Shown here one piece after another: positions 45,251 through 56,340 of a DNA stretch of 64,000 bases. A program made the position numbers and the translations under genes. The notes under the pieces were generated by a model. It was not told the origin of the DNA and did not search any database. It worked only from the letters and a program-made list of their open reading frames with translations. Position 1 is the first letter of the stretch; the number at the start of each line of letters is the position of its first letter. Source of the stretch: an uncultured Clostridium sp. (lineage in GTDB: Bacteria > Bacillota > Clostridia > TANB77 > CAG-508); the NCBI GenBank assembly GCA_947647595.1, contig CANSKZ010000007.1, positions 1,229-65,228 on the forward strand, in the 5' to 3' direction.

Positions 45251-47297
45251 TTAAATTTCAATTCGATTTTTAAAATTCTTCTCCACCAACAATCGAAACT
45301 CTTTATTTTCTTGTTTTTCTAACAATGGGTCTTGACTCATAATTTCCATACTAATAGCTTGAATTTGTTTTAGCATTTCAATATCTTCAAATAAATTCGC
45401 AATTTTGAATTCAGGAAGTCCATGTTGTTTTGTTCCAAAAAATTCACCAGAACCACGCAGTTCTAAATCTTTTTCCGATATCACAAATCCATCATTTGTA
45501 CTTGAAATGACTTTCATTCTTTCCTGAATCATCTTTGAATTTCCTTGATATTTCAAAATACAATACGACTGATATTCCCCTCTTCCTACTCGCCCACGCA
45601 ACTGATGAAGCTGTGCTAAACCAAATCGTTCTGCATTTTCAATAACCATGATATTACTATTGGGCACATTCACACCAACTTCAATCACGGTGGTTGAAAT
45701 TAAAATATCAATTTCGCCATTTTTAAAACGTTCCATGATTTCGTCTTTTTCTTTAGGACGCATCTTTCCATGCAAATATTCAACAGTAAATTGGGTAAAA
45801 ATCTGATTTTTGTAAATTTCTACAAGCTCCATGACAGATTTTGCATTGATTTCTTCGTTTTCTTCAACCAACGGACAGACGATATAACATTGTCTGCCTT
45901 CCTCAACATTTTTAGCAATAAAAGCATTTACACGTGCTTCCATATTTTTTTGAACGGCATACGTTTCAATTTTTTTACGATTTGGTGGTAATTCATCGAT
46001 AATCGAAATATCTAAATCGCCATACAAAATCAAAGCAAGCGTTCTTGGAATTGGCGTTGCGGTCATGACTAAAACATCTGGATTTTCGCCTTTTTCTGCA
46101 ATGATACTTCTTTGTCGTACACCAAAGCGATGTTGTTCATCGGTTACAACGAAACCAAGTTTGGAAAAAACAACATTTTCTTCTAAAACAGCATGTGTTC
46201 CAATTAAAATATCAATTTCGCCTTTGGCAAGTCGTTCTAAAATGTCTTCTTTTTTCTTTTTGGAAATCCCACTTACTAATAATTCACAAGTGATTCCTGT
46301 ATCTTTTAGAATTTCTGTAAAGGATTCTAAATGCTGTGTTGCCAAAATAGCAGTTGGCGCCATAACAACAGCTTGATACCCCGATTTTACGGCTTTATAG
46401 CTACTGATTAAGGCTACAATTGTTTTTCCTGAGCCAACATCACCTTGTAACAATCGATTCATGGGTTTTGAACTTTCCATATCACCATCGATTTCTTCTA
46501 ATACGCGAAGTTGGGCTTTGGTTAATGAAAATGGTAATTGATTGATGATATCTGACATTTTAACATTTTTATCAAAGCAAATACCTTGTTTTCGGACTTC
46601 ATATTTATTTTTCAAACTTAGTAAAGCCAATTGCATTGACAACAATTCCTCAAAAACCAAACGTTTTCTAGCTAACTTGAAATTTTCGAAATTGTCTGGA
46701 AAATGAATTTGATGCGTAGCTGTATTGATATCGTACAATTGATATTTTTGGATAAAATATTCTGGCATCGTTTCTGGAAGTTTATTTTCCACTTCTTGAA
46801 TCGCATTTTCGATGATTTTTCGAATAGTATTTTGCGATAAACTATACGTGAGTGGATAAATGGGAATAATTTTTCCTGTATTTCGATTGGATTCTTCTGC
46901 TTCATATACAGGCGATTGCATTTCAATTTTTCCAGCAGAATTTTTGATTTTGCCAAAAAATTTGTATCTTTGGTTTTGCTGAAAGACATTTTTTAAATAT
47001 GGCTGATTATACCACGTAATTTGACAAGCTCCTGTTTCATCTCTTACCATTAATTTACACAAAGTAAGATTGCCACGAATTCGAATTTCGTTCATACGCC
47101 CGAATTGGAAAACCAGAAATTAAACATTCTTCGCCATGAATTGTCTCTGAAATGTTTTTGGGTTTGCTCCTATCTTCGTATTCGCGTGGATAATAGGTAA
47201 TTAAATCTTCTAAGGTAAAAATCCCAAGTTTATTAAGTAATTTAACACGTGATGGTCCAACACCTTTGATAAATTGAACTTCTTTTTTTAAATCCAT
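45251..47297 (-). CDS. recG: ATP-dependent DNA helicase RecG, split by frameshift near 47099-47106
   Basis: N-part [38 protein letters not shown]; C-part wedge and helicase domains ([25 protein letters not shown]); frames join after removing C in aattCgggc. Confidence 0.8.
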
Positions 47298-47387
47298 TTT
47301 CGATTCCCCCGATTTTTGTTTATTATATCGAAAAAATCAATTTTTGGCAAGCAAAAACATCTACTAAAACAGTAGATGTTTTCCTTT

Positions 47388-47933
47388 TTATTCATCTTCT
47401 AAATATTCACCTGGTGTCACGTTTACGTCATAATCGATTTCGACATTGGTTGTTTTTTCTGGTTTGGGTGCTTGCGTTTTATCTTGTTGCTTTTCTTGCA
47501 TTTTTAAATCCATACTTTTATCAACAACATGATTAATTCGTTGCATTAAATCTGGAACATAATCGATTAATTTGTCGATGGCTGAAGTGTGTTCAATTGG
47601 TAATACTTTAATCGAATCTTGCATCACCACAATAAAAGCAACGGGACTAATGCTAACGCCTGCTCCACTTCCACCACCGAAAGGTAATCTATATTTGGCT
47701 TCTTCTTCTTTGTCTTTTTTCTTATATTCATTGACGGTTTCGCTATGGAATTCACTTCCTCCTGCTGCAAAACCAAAACACACTTTTGAAATGGGAATAA
47801 TGACCATATTATTGCTTGTTTCAATTGGTTCTCCAATAATTGTATTGACATCAACCATATCTTTGATACTATTCATTGCACTTTTCATTAATCCATCAAT
47901 TGGATGTGATTCATTCATATTTTCCACGCTCAC
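47388..47933 (-). CDS. ytfJ: sporulation protein YtfJ/GerW family
   Basis: 181 aa; VIIPISKVCFGFAAGGSEF...LPFGGGSGAGVSISPVAFIVV is the YtfJ/GerW signature. Confidence 0.7.
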   Translation of the reverse strand: MSVENMNESHPIDGLMKSAMNSIKDMVDVNTIIGEPIETSNNMVIIPISKVCFGFAAGGSEFHSETVNEYKKKDKEEEAKYRLPFGGGSGAGVSISPVAFIVVMQDSIKVLPIEHTSAIDKLIDYVPDLMQRINHVVDKSMDLKMQEKQQDKTQAPKPEKTTNVEIDYDVNVTPGEYLEDE

Positions 47934-47988
47934 TTTCTTTTAATTTTAAGGTTATTATTTGTCAAAAAATGAATTTTATGCAAAATAC

Positions 47989-49161
47989 TTAAATTTTGAG
48001 TGGGATTTTTTTAATGGTTGGAGAATTGATTTTCTTTTTCTTATTTTTCTTTATATAACTAATGGTTTTTATCAAATCTACCATTTTAACGGAAACTTTG
48101 GAAGCAATTTGAAAACTTAGTTGGTTTTTATTGTAAACAGGATTAATCTGATAAGAATATTGTTTGGAATTAATTTGTTTTCGATTTTTGGCTCCTACAA
48201 TGCTTAAAAAAGTAGAACTGATAAAAACCAAAACTGCTGTTAAAATGACATCTTCTGTTCCGATGGTTAGTTTTAAATTTAGTTTTTCTAATTTAGGATG
48301 CAAATATTTCAATAATTGAAATACAGAAAATTCTTTAAAAATTTCTAAACTATCTTTTTCTAGTTTTATTTTGGAATAGGAAAAATGAATTCCTAAACAG
48401 TCAATTCCATCTTCTTGTAAAGAAATCCCCAGTATTTTGATTATACCAAATAAATAAAAACCAAAATTGATGTTAAATTTGATTTTCAGGTCGTTTTTTT
48501 CTTTTTCAATCGATTGCACATTGATTTTTAATTTTGAGGTTAGAAAACCTAATATTAAAATAAAAAAAATAGTGATTAATATGTTCATCCGCTTTCTCCT
48601 AAATATAATCCTATTTTTTTCCAATTTTTGATTATTTATGCAAAAAACTCCCACAGCGTTTCCGCTATGAGAGCCTTTTTTTACTCGCCGATAATTTTTC
48701 ATTTTTTCTAAATCTGTAGCTTTTATATCCAATTTCTTCTTTTGAAAATCAAGAAAATGGAAATACGGACTCTTTCCTTCCTGTTTCAATATTGATATTG
48801 GAATGTGAAATGTTAAACCAGAATATGCTTTCCATATGGGATTATTTGAATCTAATTCCGTACCACAACAATCCTCGATTGCATAAGCAATCTCGATGAT
48901 ATATTCACATTTCTTTTGCGCATCAATTTCGCCTTCTTCGATTGCCAAAATCCTCATTTCTGCTTTTTGCAAGTGAGATGGCTCGCCGAAAATTTCTTTT
49001 ACAACCTCTGCGCCCCACATTTTTTCAATACTAAACCGTTCTTCTGCAGTAAGCGCATTTTCCTTCAAATTTTCCAAAGAAATTTCTTGTCCAGGTATTC
49101 GTTTGGCATTAATGAAAGCTAAAATATTCCGTTTTGTAACTCCTTCAGACATTGACAACAT
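47989..49161 (-). CDS. continuous 390-aa ORF: N-terminal 191 aa unknown domain fused in-frame to YtfI-like (DUF2953) membrane protein
   Basis: Internal ATG 48588 with RBS AGGAGAAAGCGG starts MNILITIFFILILGFLTSKLKINV... (YtfI-like, normally a separate gene upstream of ytfJ); no stop separates it from the upstream 191 codons. Confidence 0.45.
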   Translation of the reverse strand: MLSMSEGVTKRNILAFINAKRIPGQEISLENLKENALTAEERFSIEKMWGAEVVKEIFGEPSHLQKAEMRILAIEEGEIDAQKKCEYIIEIAYAIEDCCGTELDSNNPIWKAYSGLTFHIPISILKQEGKSPYFHFLDFQKKKLDIKATDLEKMKNYRRVKKGSHSGNAVGVFCINNQKLEKNRIIFRRKRMNILITIFFILILGFLTSKLKINVQSIEKEKNDLKIKFNINFGFYLFGIIKILGISLQEDGIDCLGIHFSYSKIKLEKDSLEIFKEFSVFQLLKYLHPKLEKLNLKLTIGTEDVILTAVLVFISSTFLSIVGAKNRKQINSKQYSYQINPVYNKNQLSFQIASKVSVKMVDLIKTISYIKKNKKKKINSPTIKKIPLKI

Positions 49162-49293
49162 CCTTTCTTTTCTACAAATTATTGTTTTTTAGTTACCTAA
49201 TTTATATTGTACTAATGAATGGATTGTAGCATATTTTTGATAAAAAGTCAAGAATCTCCGCTTGTTCTTCAACAGTTGGAGACTCTGACTTAT

Positions 49294-50049
49294 TTAGTTT
49301 TCATTCTTTCTTTTCGATATCACAATATCGCCAAAAAGTTCTTCTTGCATGGTATTTATTTTATTTCTTCTGCTTAATTCTAAAACACCAGAAAATGCTG
49401 TTACGACTTCTGCTTTTGGTTTTTCTTTTAAAGAAAACAATTTGTTAAATACAAATCTTGGTTTTCTGACCAATTCTTTAAAAATTTCTTTTACTTTATC
49501 AGAAACAGAATAAACATCATGCACTGCTATTTTTTCGATATTTTGTGCATTTTCATTTTTCTTGTTTTCTTCTCTTTCCACAAGTTTGGTGTAAGCATTT
49601 ATAATATTTTCTATGGTATATTTTTTCTCGATGACTTGTTTGGGAAGCTCTATGTTTTCAGGAAATTTATGTACTCTATTCGAATAAATTGCAATTCTTT
49701 CTTTAAACACTTTGCTGATTTCTTTGAATTTTTTATATTCGATAATTCTGTTTAACAATTCCTCTTCTGTGAGTTCTGCTTCATCTTCATTTTCCTTTGG
49801 AAGTAAGCCTTTTGACTTGATTAATATTAAGGTAGATGCCATAACTAAAAATTCGCTAGCTACTTCTAAATTTAGTTTTTCTTGTTCCTTTAAATATTGA
49901 ATATATTGGTCAGCGACTTGAGAAATTTCGATTTGGTAAATATCCATTTTGTTTTTGTCGATTAAGTAACAAAGTAAATCAAGTGGACCTTCAAAATTAT
50001 CGAGTCTTAATTCGTATTTTTTTGTTTCTAGTGATAAGATTTTGTTCAT
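49294..50049 (-). CDS. scpA: segregation and condensation protein A
   Basis: 251 aa; LRLDNFEGPLDLLCYLIDKNKMDIYQIEISQVADQYIQYL matches ScpA. Confidence 0.75.
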   Translation of the reverse strand: MNKILSLETKKYELRLDNFEGPLDLLCYLIDKNKMDIYQIEISQVADQYIQYLKEQEKLNLEVASEFLVMASTLILIKSKGLLPKENEDEAELTEEELLNRIIEYKKFKEISKVFKERIAIYSNRVHKFPENIELPKQVIEKKYTIENIINAYTKLVEREENKKNENAQNIEKIAVHDVYSVSDKVKEIFKELVRKPRFVFNKLFSLKEKPKAEVVTAFSGVLELSRRNKINTMQEELFGDIVISKRKNEN

Positions 50050-50104
50050 TGGTTTCTCCTTTTTAGTAATTTGGTTATATCATATTGGAAAAAAGATTGC
50101 AAGG

Positions 50105-51881
50105 TTAAGTATTTATTTCTTTTACTATATTAGGATTTATTTTATAATTTCTATTTTCATCCATTAAGCCATTTATTTCTTGTTGTACATCGGTTAATTG
50201 TGTATAACAATAACCTGATAGATAAGGTATATTTTTAACTGTGTTTGTAAGGTTTGTAAATCTTTCTATTAATTCTTTTTCATCTTGTACTTGTTTTCCA
50301 TATCCCCAACCTTTGTCAGAATCAATTGCAATTCCGCCATACTCGCTCATAATGATTGGTTGTCCTTCGTATTTATATCCATTAGCAAATAATCGATGGT
50401 TACCATTGTATGGTTTTAAATTGTTTAAAACTTTTCTCTCTTGGTCTGTGTATTCTTGTAAAAGTAGCATAGAGTCCTGTTTATAATCATGTATTGTAAT
50501 GATATCTGATATAGTATGCTCCCAACCATCGTTTGAAATAACAGGTCGTGTGTTGTCTATTGCCTTGGTTAAATAATAAATGCTATTTGCAAAATCTTGT
50601 TGCTTTTTGCAATCACTTATTTCAGGACCCCCCCAAGATTCATTAATTGGAACCCAAGTTATAATGGAAGGATGATTATAATTTTGTTTTACAACTTTTA
50701 TCCATTCGTTTGTAAAATTCTGTAATGATTCATCATTAAAACAATAAGCATTCGCCATTTCACTCCAAACTAGTACGCCTTTTACATCACACCAGTATAA
50801 AAATCGTTCATCTTCTATTTTTTGATGCTTTCTAATTCCATTATAACCAAAATCTAAAACAGCTTGAATATCTTTTAAAATGGTTTCTTCATCTGTTGGC
50901 GTTAAATGTGATTCTTTCCAATAACCTTGGTCTAAAATCATTTTTAAATAGAGTGGCTCTTCATTTAAAAATATCTTATCTCCTTTGATTGAAATTTCTC
51001 TTATTCCAAAATAAGATTCTACTTCATCTATTTTTTGATTATGACAGTATAGGCGATAAGTAATATCATATAAGTTAGGATGTTCTGTTGACCATTTTTG
51101 AACAATATACTTATTTCCTTCTTGTGCTATTGGTATTTTCAGTGTTTGATAATTATTATCGATTGCTCCCTTAACTGTATTTAAAATTTTTCCATGAAAT
51201 GAAATTTCTGTTTCTAAAAAGTAATTTTGTGTTTCAAAATCTTGCTCTGATAAATTCGTTTCAATTTGTAATTGCACTTCTTCTGTTTTTGGAGTTATTT
51301 TTACACTTTTCAAGTATTTTTTAGCTACCCATTCTAACCAAACTGTTTTCCAGATTCCTGTTGTTTGAATGTACCAACATTGCCAGCTTTCTTTTTTTGT
51401 ATCTTTGTTTTCCTCTGGGTTGATCTTGTGATAAGGAATCTTCAACTCTAACAGTAATGTCATTTTCACCTTCGATTACATATTTTTCTATATCAAATGA
51501 AAATCTTGTATAACCTCCTTTATTGTCTCCTATATAATTTCCGTTCACCCAAACTTTGGTGTGATAATCACTTCCTTCAAAGTGTAAGATTGTTTTTTGC
51601 TTTTGTATTTGTTGCTTTGAAATATTTATTTTTCTGTTATACCAAATAATGTAATGTATGGTTTCATCTTCTATTCCACTCAATTTTGTTTCATAAGTAA
51701 ATGGCACCATAATTTTCTCATTTATTGGAAATTCTCTAAAATACTCCTTTTTTTCTCCTTCATCTTTATCATCAAATATAAAATTCCATTCTCCATTCAA
51801 ATTTTCCCAATCTTTTCTGACAAATTGCGGTCTTGGATAATTTTTTCTATTATTTTTCATTTTTCCTCCTACTATCATCAT
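50105..51881 (-). CDS. glycoside hydrolase family 2 protein, split by homopolymer (A7) frameshift at 51392-51398
   Basis: N-part YPRPQFVRKDWENLNGEWNF... sugar-binding domain; C-part Ig-like plus TIM barrel (catalytic Glu motif WVPINESWG region); frames join (QPRGKQRYKK-ESWQCWYIQTTGIW) if run is A6. Confidence 0.65.
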
Positions 51882-51882
51882 T

Positions 51883-52864
51883 TTACAACAAATCTTTATA
51901 ATGAACCATATAAGTTTTTATATGGCTTGTATCCTTTTCATCAATTTCAAATATTCTTCCGCCTCTTAATTCGTCTGTTCCATAAGGACTGTAGCCACTA
52001 CATGCATCTAAGCACATTTTGATTCCGCAAAAATCGCCTTCAAAACAGTCGTTGTGGCTATGCCCGCAGGCAATGCATTTAATTTCATTTCTTTGTAATA
52101 ACATTGAAAAAACACCAGAATTGAACATTCCGATTTTCATGATTTCTTTCATACTTCCGTTTTGCTTTTGTAATTTCTGGATTTTCTACTATGTACTGAA
52201 ATTCCCAAGGCGGAATATGCATAAATAACATGCCATTGATTTTTTGATGACAATAATCTTCGATTTCTTTTGAACTATTCCAATACCACATAAGTTGGTC
52301 AAAATGCAAAATATCCCATTCGCCTGATATGATTGGTCTTTTCATGCATTCTATATTTTTATCGATTTCTAAATTAGTATTTTTGATTAAATTATTCGTA
52401 TCGAAGCACCAAATATTAAAGGCAATTTCGTCTTTGCTTGAAGCTTTGATGGGTAAAACATAATTGGTCGTGCCATAAATAGTTTCCGTATGTTTGGAAA
52501 GACAATAATCGTGTTTTTCATATAATTTGGTTTTTTGAACATCATCTATTTCTACATCATGGTCATGATTTCCAAAAACGTGTGCCCAAGGAATTTTTCT
52601 GGATTCCATAGGAGCAGAAAAAATATTTAGATATTCTTTTAGTTCTTCTTCCGTTTTTAAAATGGTTCCATCGCAATTATCTCCACCTAAGAGAACAAAA
52701 TCGGGTTTTTGGGTTTCAATTAGTTGATTGATTCCTGCTAATGTTCTTTTGTCGTAATCTAGCGTTTCTTGAATGTCGGATAACATTAAAATTTTGAATT
52801 TGCCATTTGGGTTAAATTTTAGTTCTTGTTTTAGCGTTAGATTGTTTTTTAAATTGGTATTCAT
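51883..52864 (-). CDS. calcineurin-like metallophosphoesterase, split by frameshift near 52156-52163
   Basis: N-part FKILMLSDIQ...GGDN...GNHDHD; C-part ACGHSHND; frames join (ITKAK-GSMKEIMKIG) after removing C in aaaCgga. Confidence 0.6.
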
Positions 52865-52879
52865 GATTTTTCTCCTTTA

Positions 52880-54226
52880 TTAACTATTTGTGCAATACAT
52901 TCCACATGTCCGCGTCCAAGCAAACATATCACAAATCGCAATTTTCCTCACTTCATATTTGGACTCCAGAAGTTTCAAATCCCTTCCTAAAGTTGCTGGA
53001 TTGCAACTCACATAAACAATTTTCTTTGGCTCAATCTGCAACAATGTTTCAATTGTCATTTTATCGCAACCTTTTCTTGGCGGGTCAACAAACACACAAT
53101 CTGCTGAAATGTTTTTTTCTTTCAACAATCGTGGAAGCGTTTTCTCTACATCTCCCACAAAAAACTCACTATTTTTTACATCATTTAGTTTTGCATTTTC
53201 TTTGGCATCTTCAATCGCTTCTGGAATGGTTTCAATCCCAATTAATTTTTGCACTTTATCTGATGCACAAATGCCAATTGTGCCTATTCCGCAATATAAA
53301 TCCAATACCGTTTCTTTTCCCGTCAATTCTGCATACTCAATCGCTTTGGCATACAATTTTTCCGTCTGCACAGGATTTACTTGATAAAACGAAAGATTGG
53401 AAATTTTAAATTGCTTCCCCATTAAAATATCTGTCATATAACCATCTCCAAAAATCACTTCATTTTGCTTTCCTAAAATTACATTCGTATCACGGTTATT
53501 CAAATTCTTGACAATGGTTTTTATTGACGCATATCGATTTGTCAAAAAAGCAACCAATTCATTTTCCTTTGGAAGGTTCCACTGATTAACCACCAAAGTA
53601 ACCATCACTTCATTTGTTTTTACTCCCACACGAATCACAATATGACGTAACAATCCTGTTTGATTTTTTTCTTGATAGCCAGTAATCCCATTTTCTTTCG
53701 CAAATTCAAAAATATCCTTCGCTATTTTTTGTGCCAATTCATTTTGAATCATACAATGTTCTGTCTCTAAAATACGGTGACTTCTTTCTGCAAAAACCCC
53801 CATCACCATTTGACCATTTTCATTTACGCCCACTGGATATTGCAACTTATTTCGATAAAAAAACGGTGATTCCATTTTCATCACTTCATCTACCGCAAGC
53901 TTTCTTCCCAATGCTTTTTTTAACGTATTTTCTACCGCTTCTTTTTTGATTTGCATCGTATAATCATAATTGACATGGCGTAAACTACAACCACCACATT
54001 TTCCATACGTTTCACAATTTTCCTTTATACGATATTTTGATTTTTCTAAAATCTCTAAAACTTTCGCATAACAGCTATTTTCTGTCACTTTCAAAATCTT
54101 GATTTTCACTTTTTCGCCTTTTATCGTTTGAGGCACAAAAATAACTTGTCCTTCCCATTTAGCAATTCCTTCGCCTTGAAAGCCATGGTCGATGATTTCT
54201 ACGATATATTCTTCATTTTTCTTCAT
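52880..54226 (-). CDS. rlmD: 23S rRNA (uracil-C5)-methyltransferase RlmD/RumA family
   Basis: 448 aa; TRAM domain, Fe-S Cys cluster (CETYGKCGGCSLRH), SAM-MTase motifs (VLDLYCGIGTIG, DPPRKGC). Confidence 0.75.
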   Translation of the reverse strand: MKKNEEYIVEIIDHGFQGEGIAKWEGQVIFVPQTIKGEKVKIKILKVTENSCYAKVLEILEKSKYRIKENCETYGKCGGCSLRHVNYDYTMQIKKEAVENTLKKALGRKLAVDEVMKMESPFFYRNKLQYPVGVNENGQMVMGVFAERSHRILETEHCMIQNELAQKIAKDIFEFAKENGITGYQEKNQTGLLRHIVIRVGVKTNEVMVTLVVNQWNLPKENELVAFLTNRYASIKTIVKNLNNRDTNVILGKQNEVIFGDGYMTDILMGKQFKISNLSFYQVNPVQTEKLYAKAIEYAELTGKETVLDLYCGIGTIGICASDKVQKLIGIETIPEAIEDAKENAKLNDVKNSEFFVGDVEKTLPRLLKEKNISADCVFVDPPRKGCDKMTIETLLQIEPKKIVYVSCNPATLGRDLKLLESKYEVRKIAICDMFAWTRTCGMYCTNS

Positions 54227-54256
54227 TTTAATTAATTTCGTTCACCTTTCTTTGAC

Positions 54257-54649
54257 TTATCTTACTTCATTCTTATCTTTTCTTCTATTTCCACCAATCG
54301 TTCTTTCGTCTCGATCGCGTTTTAATTCTTCATCTTTTTGGTGTCTTGCTTGTTCTTTAAATTGTTTTCCAACCAAAATGGTTTGATTAATAATCGCCAA
54401 ATTGCATCTTACTCGTTCTTCAAATCTTTCTTTTTCTGATTTTCTTTTTTTCTTGCTTTTCTTCTTTTTTAATCTTTCCAATTCCGCTTTATCAATCAAT
54501 CCAATGGCAATCAGTTCTTCTTCTAAAGCATCTAAATCTTCCATTGTCTTCATCTGTTTTATTTGCTTTTTTATGGCTTTTAATTTTTTGATTTCTTCCG
54601 AATCTTTCTTCAGCATTCTTTTGAATATCGAACCTATTTTTTTCTCCAT
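54257..54649 (-). CDS. hypothetical Lys/Glu-rich protein
   Basis: 130-aa ORF. Confidence 0.3.
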   Translation of the reverse strand: MEKKIGSIFKRMLKKDSEEIKKLKAIKKQIKQMKTMEDLDALEEELIAIGLIDKAELERLKKKKSKKKRKSEKERFEERVRCNLAIINQTILVGKQFKEQARHQKDEELKRDRDERTIGGNRRKDKNEVR

Positions 54650-54677
54650 TTTATCACTTCATTTCCTACCCAAATTT

Positions 54678-55232
54678 CTACTCTTTTACGCCACAACCTC
54701 TCACACCAACTTCTCTATTTCCTGCAAAATACTTTTTCCCCGCAAAAGTCAAAAGATTCGCTTTGCCAAAATCCACTTCTTTTTTTTCATTCAAAATGCT
54801 TTCATCACAATGCGTGTTCACAACTTCTGCAACAAACATTTCATGTGAATCAAATGTTTGAATATCGATTACTTTGCACTCCAAATTAATCGGACATTCT
54901 TCAATGTAAGGACTTTTAATTTTTACACTTTGTCTTTTTGTCAATTTGCAAGTTTCAAATTTATCAACCTCTCTTCCTGATTTTGTTCCACAAAAATCAG
55001 CTTGCTTTACTAGATTTTCGTCTGGCAAATTAATCACAAATTCTCTGGTTTGTTTGATAATTTCATTCGAAAAACGAGAAGGTCTAATCGAAACATAAAC
55101 AATCATTGGCTCCGAATTAATAATTCCTGTCCATGCAATGGTTGCAATATTGCTATTTTCCATATCACCTGATGAAATCATCGCCACTGGATTTGGCGCT
55201 AATCCTAATTGATTTTGTAAATTTATTTTCAT
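54678..55232 (-). CDS. flavin reductase-like domain protein
   Basis: 184 aa; PVAMISSGDMENSNIATIAWTGIINSEPMIVYVSIRPSRFS typical FMN-binding split barrel. Confidence 0.55.
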   Translation of the reverse strand: MKINLQNQLGLAPNPVAMISSGDMENSNIATIAWTGIINSEPMIVYVSIRPSRFSNEIIKQTREFVINLPDENLVKQADFCGTKSGREVDKFETCKLTKRQSVKIKSPYIEECPINLECKVIDIQTFDSHEMFVAEVVNTHCDESILNEKKEVDFGKANLLTFAGKKYFAGNREVGVRGCGVKE

Positions 55233-55281
55233 TTTATCACTCCTTTTTCTGTTCTACTATTCTATGTTTACAAATATTGCT

Positions 55282-56337
55282 TTATTCCAAATTAAAGTCC
55301 AAATAAGCAAATTTGTTTGTCTTAAAATGCAACGCGCTTTCGATATCTCGTTTCGCTTTTTCGGAAATTTCACTTGCTCTTTTAGTTTTATTGTCAATCT
55401 TTACTAGAGGATTTATGTATCGGATTTTCAGATTTTCAATTTTGACACAATACTTCCCTTCTATTTTTTCCTCACTTTCCTTTATCGCAGTCGCATTTCT
55501 CCATATTTTAAAACATTCAGCAATATTGTCATCTTGACAATTTTCGATTTTTTCTATCATTTCTTTTTCCGACAATTGGTATAAATCTTCCATTGTGATT
55601 CTATTTTTGTCATACATTTTCTTGACAATATCCGCTAGAAATTGCATAGAAAATATCGTTTCATTCGCATTATAAAGCAAAGATAACTTGCTAGCAACTT
55701 CTATAAATCTTTCTGCCATTTCAAGATTTCGAAATCCAATTTCTGGCATTCCTTGTTCATTTTCCAACACTTCGATATTTTCATAAACTTCTTTTATTTC
55801 CGCTAAATTCCACAAATTAGCAATTGCTCCAAATCCATCTGAAAAAATATATTCCAATCGGTCGCTTGCCAATTGAGGCCTGTCATTATCGGCAATTGGA
55901 TATTGATGATAATCATCCACTTCCTCTATTTTTATGCCATCTTTATTTAAGTATTGCATAATTTCTTTGGATTTTCTTATGATTTCATTTGTTAACCCTT
56001 CCGTAAATTCTTGTTTTTCATAATCTCCATTCATAAAATCAATCGTATGTTTAAAAACTGGTGTGCTAATATCATGAAAAAGCCCAGCCAACGTTTGTTT
56101 TTTATCTTTCGTAAAATGCCAAATAATCAAAGCCACACCAACACTATGATCTAAACTCGAATACCAATCTCGTTGAAACATCTTTGAATACACCGTTCCA
56201 CAAGACACACTAATTTGATTTTGTTTTTGCATTTCTGGAGTTTCCACATAATCATATAAAAAATCTGGAATTTCCTCTGACAAAATATGAAAATATTGTT
56301 TCGTTTTTTCTTCTAAATTCTGAAAATATTGACTCAT
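55282..56337 (-). CDS. HD-domain phosphohydrolase
   Basis: 351 aa; LDHSVGVALIIWHF...LAGLFHDISTPVFKH (H...HD...D). Confidence 0.6.
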   Translation of the reverse strand: MSQYFQNLEEKTKQYFHILSEEIPDFLYDYVETPEMQKQNQISVSCGTVYSKMFQRDWYSSLDHSVGVALIIWHFTKDKKQTLAGLFHDISTPVFKHTIDFMNGDYEKQEFTEGLTNEIIRKSKEIMQYLNKDGIKIEEVDDYHQYPIADNDRPQLASDRLEYIFSDGFGAIANLWNLAEIKEVYENIEVLENEQGMPEIGFRNLEMAERFIEVASKLSLLYNANETIFSMQFLADIVKKMYDKNRITMEDLYQLSEKEMIEKIENCQDDNIAECFKIWRNATAIKESEEKIEGKYCVKIENLKIRYINPLVKIDNKTKRASEISEKAKRDIESALHFKTNKFAYLDFNLE

Positions 56338-56340
56338 TTT

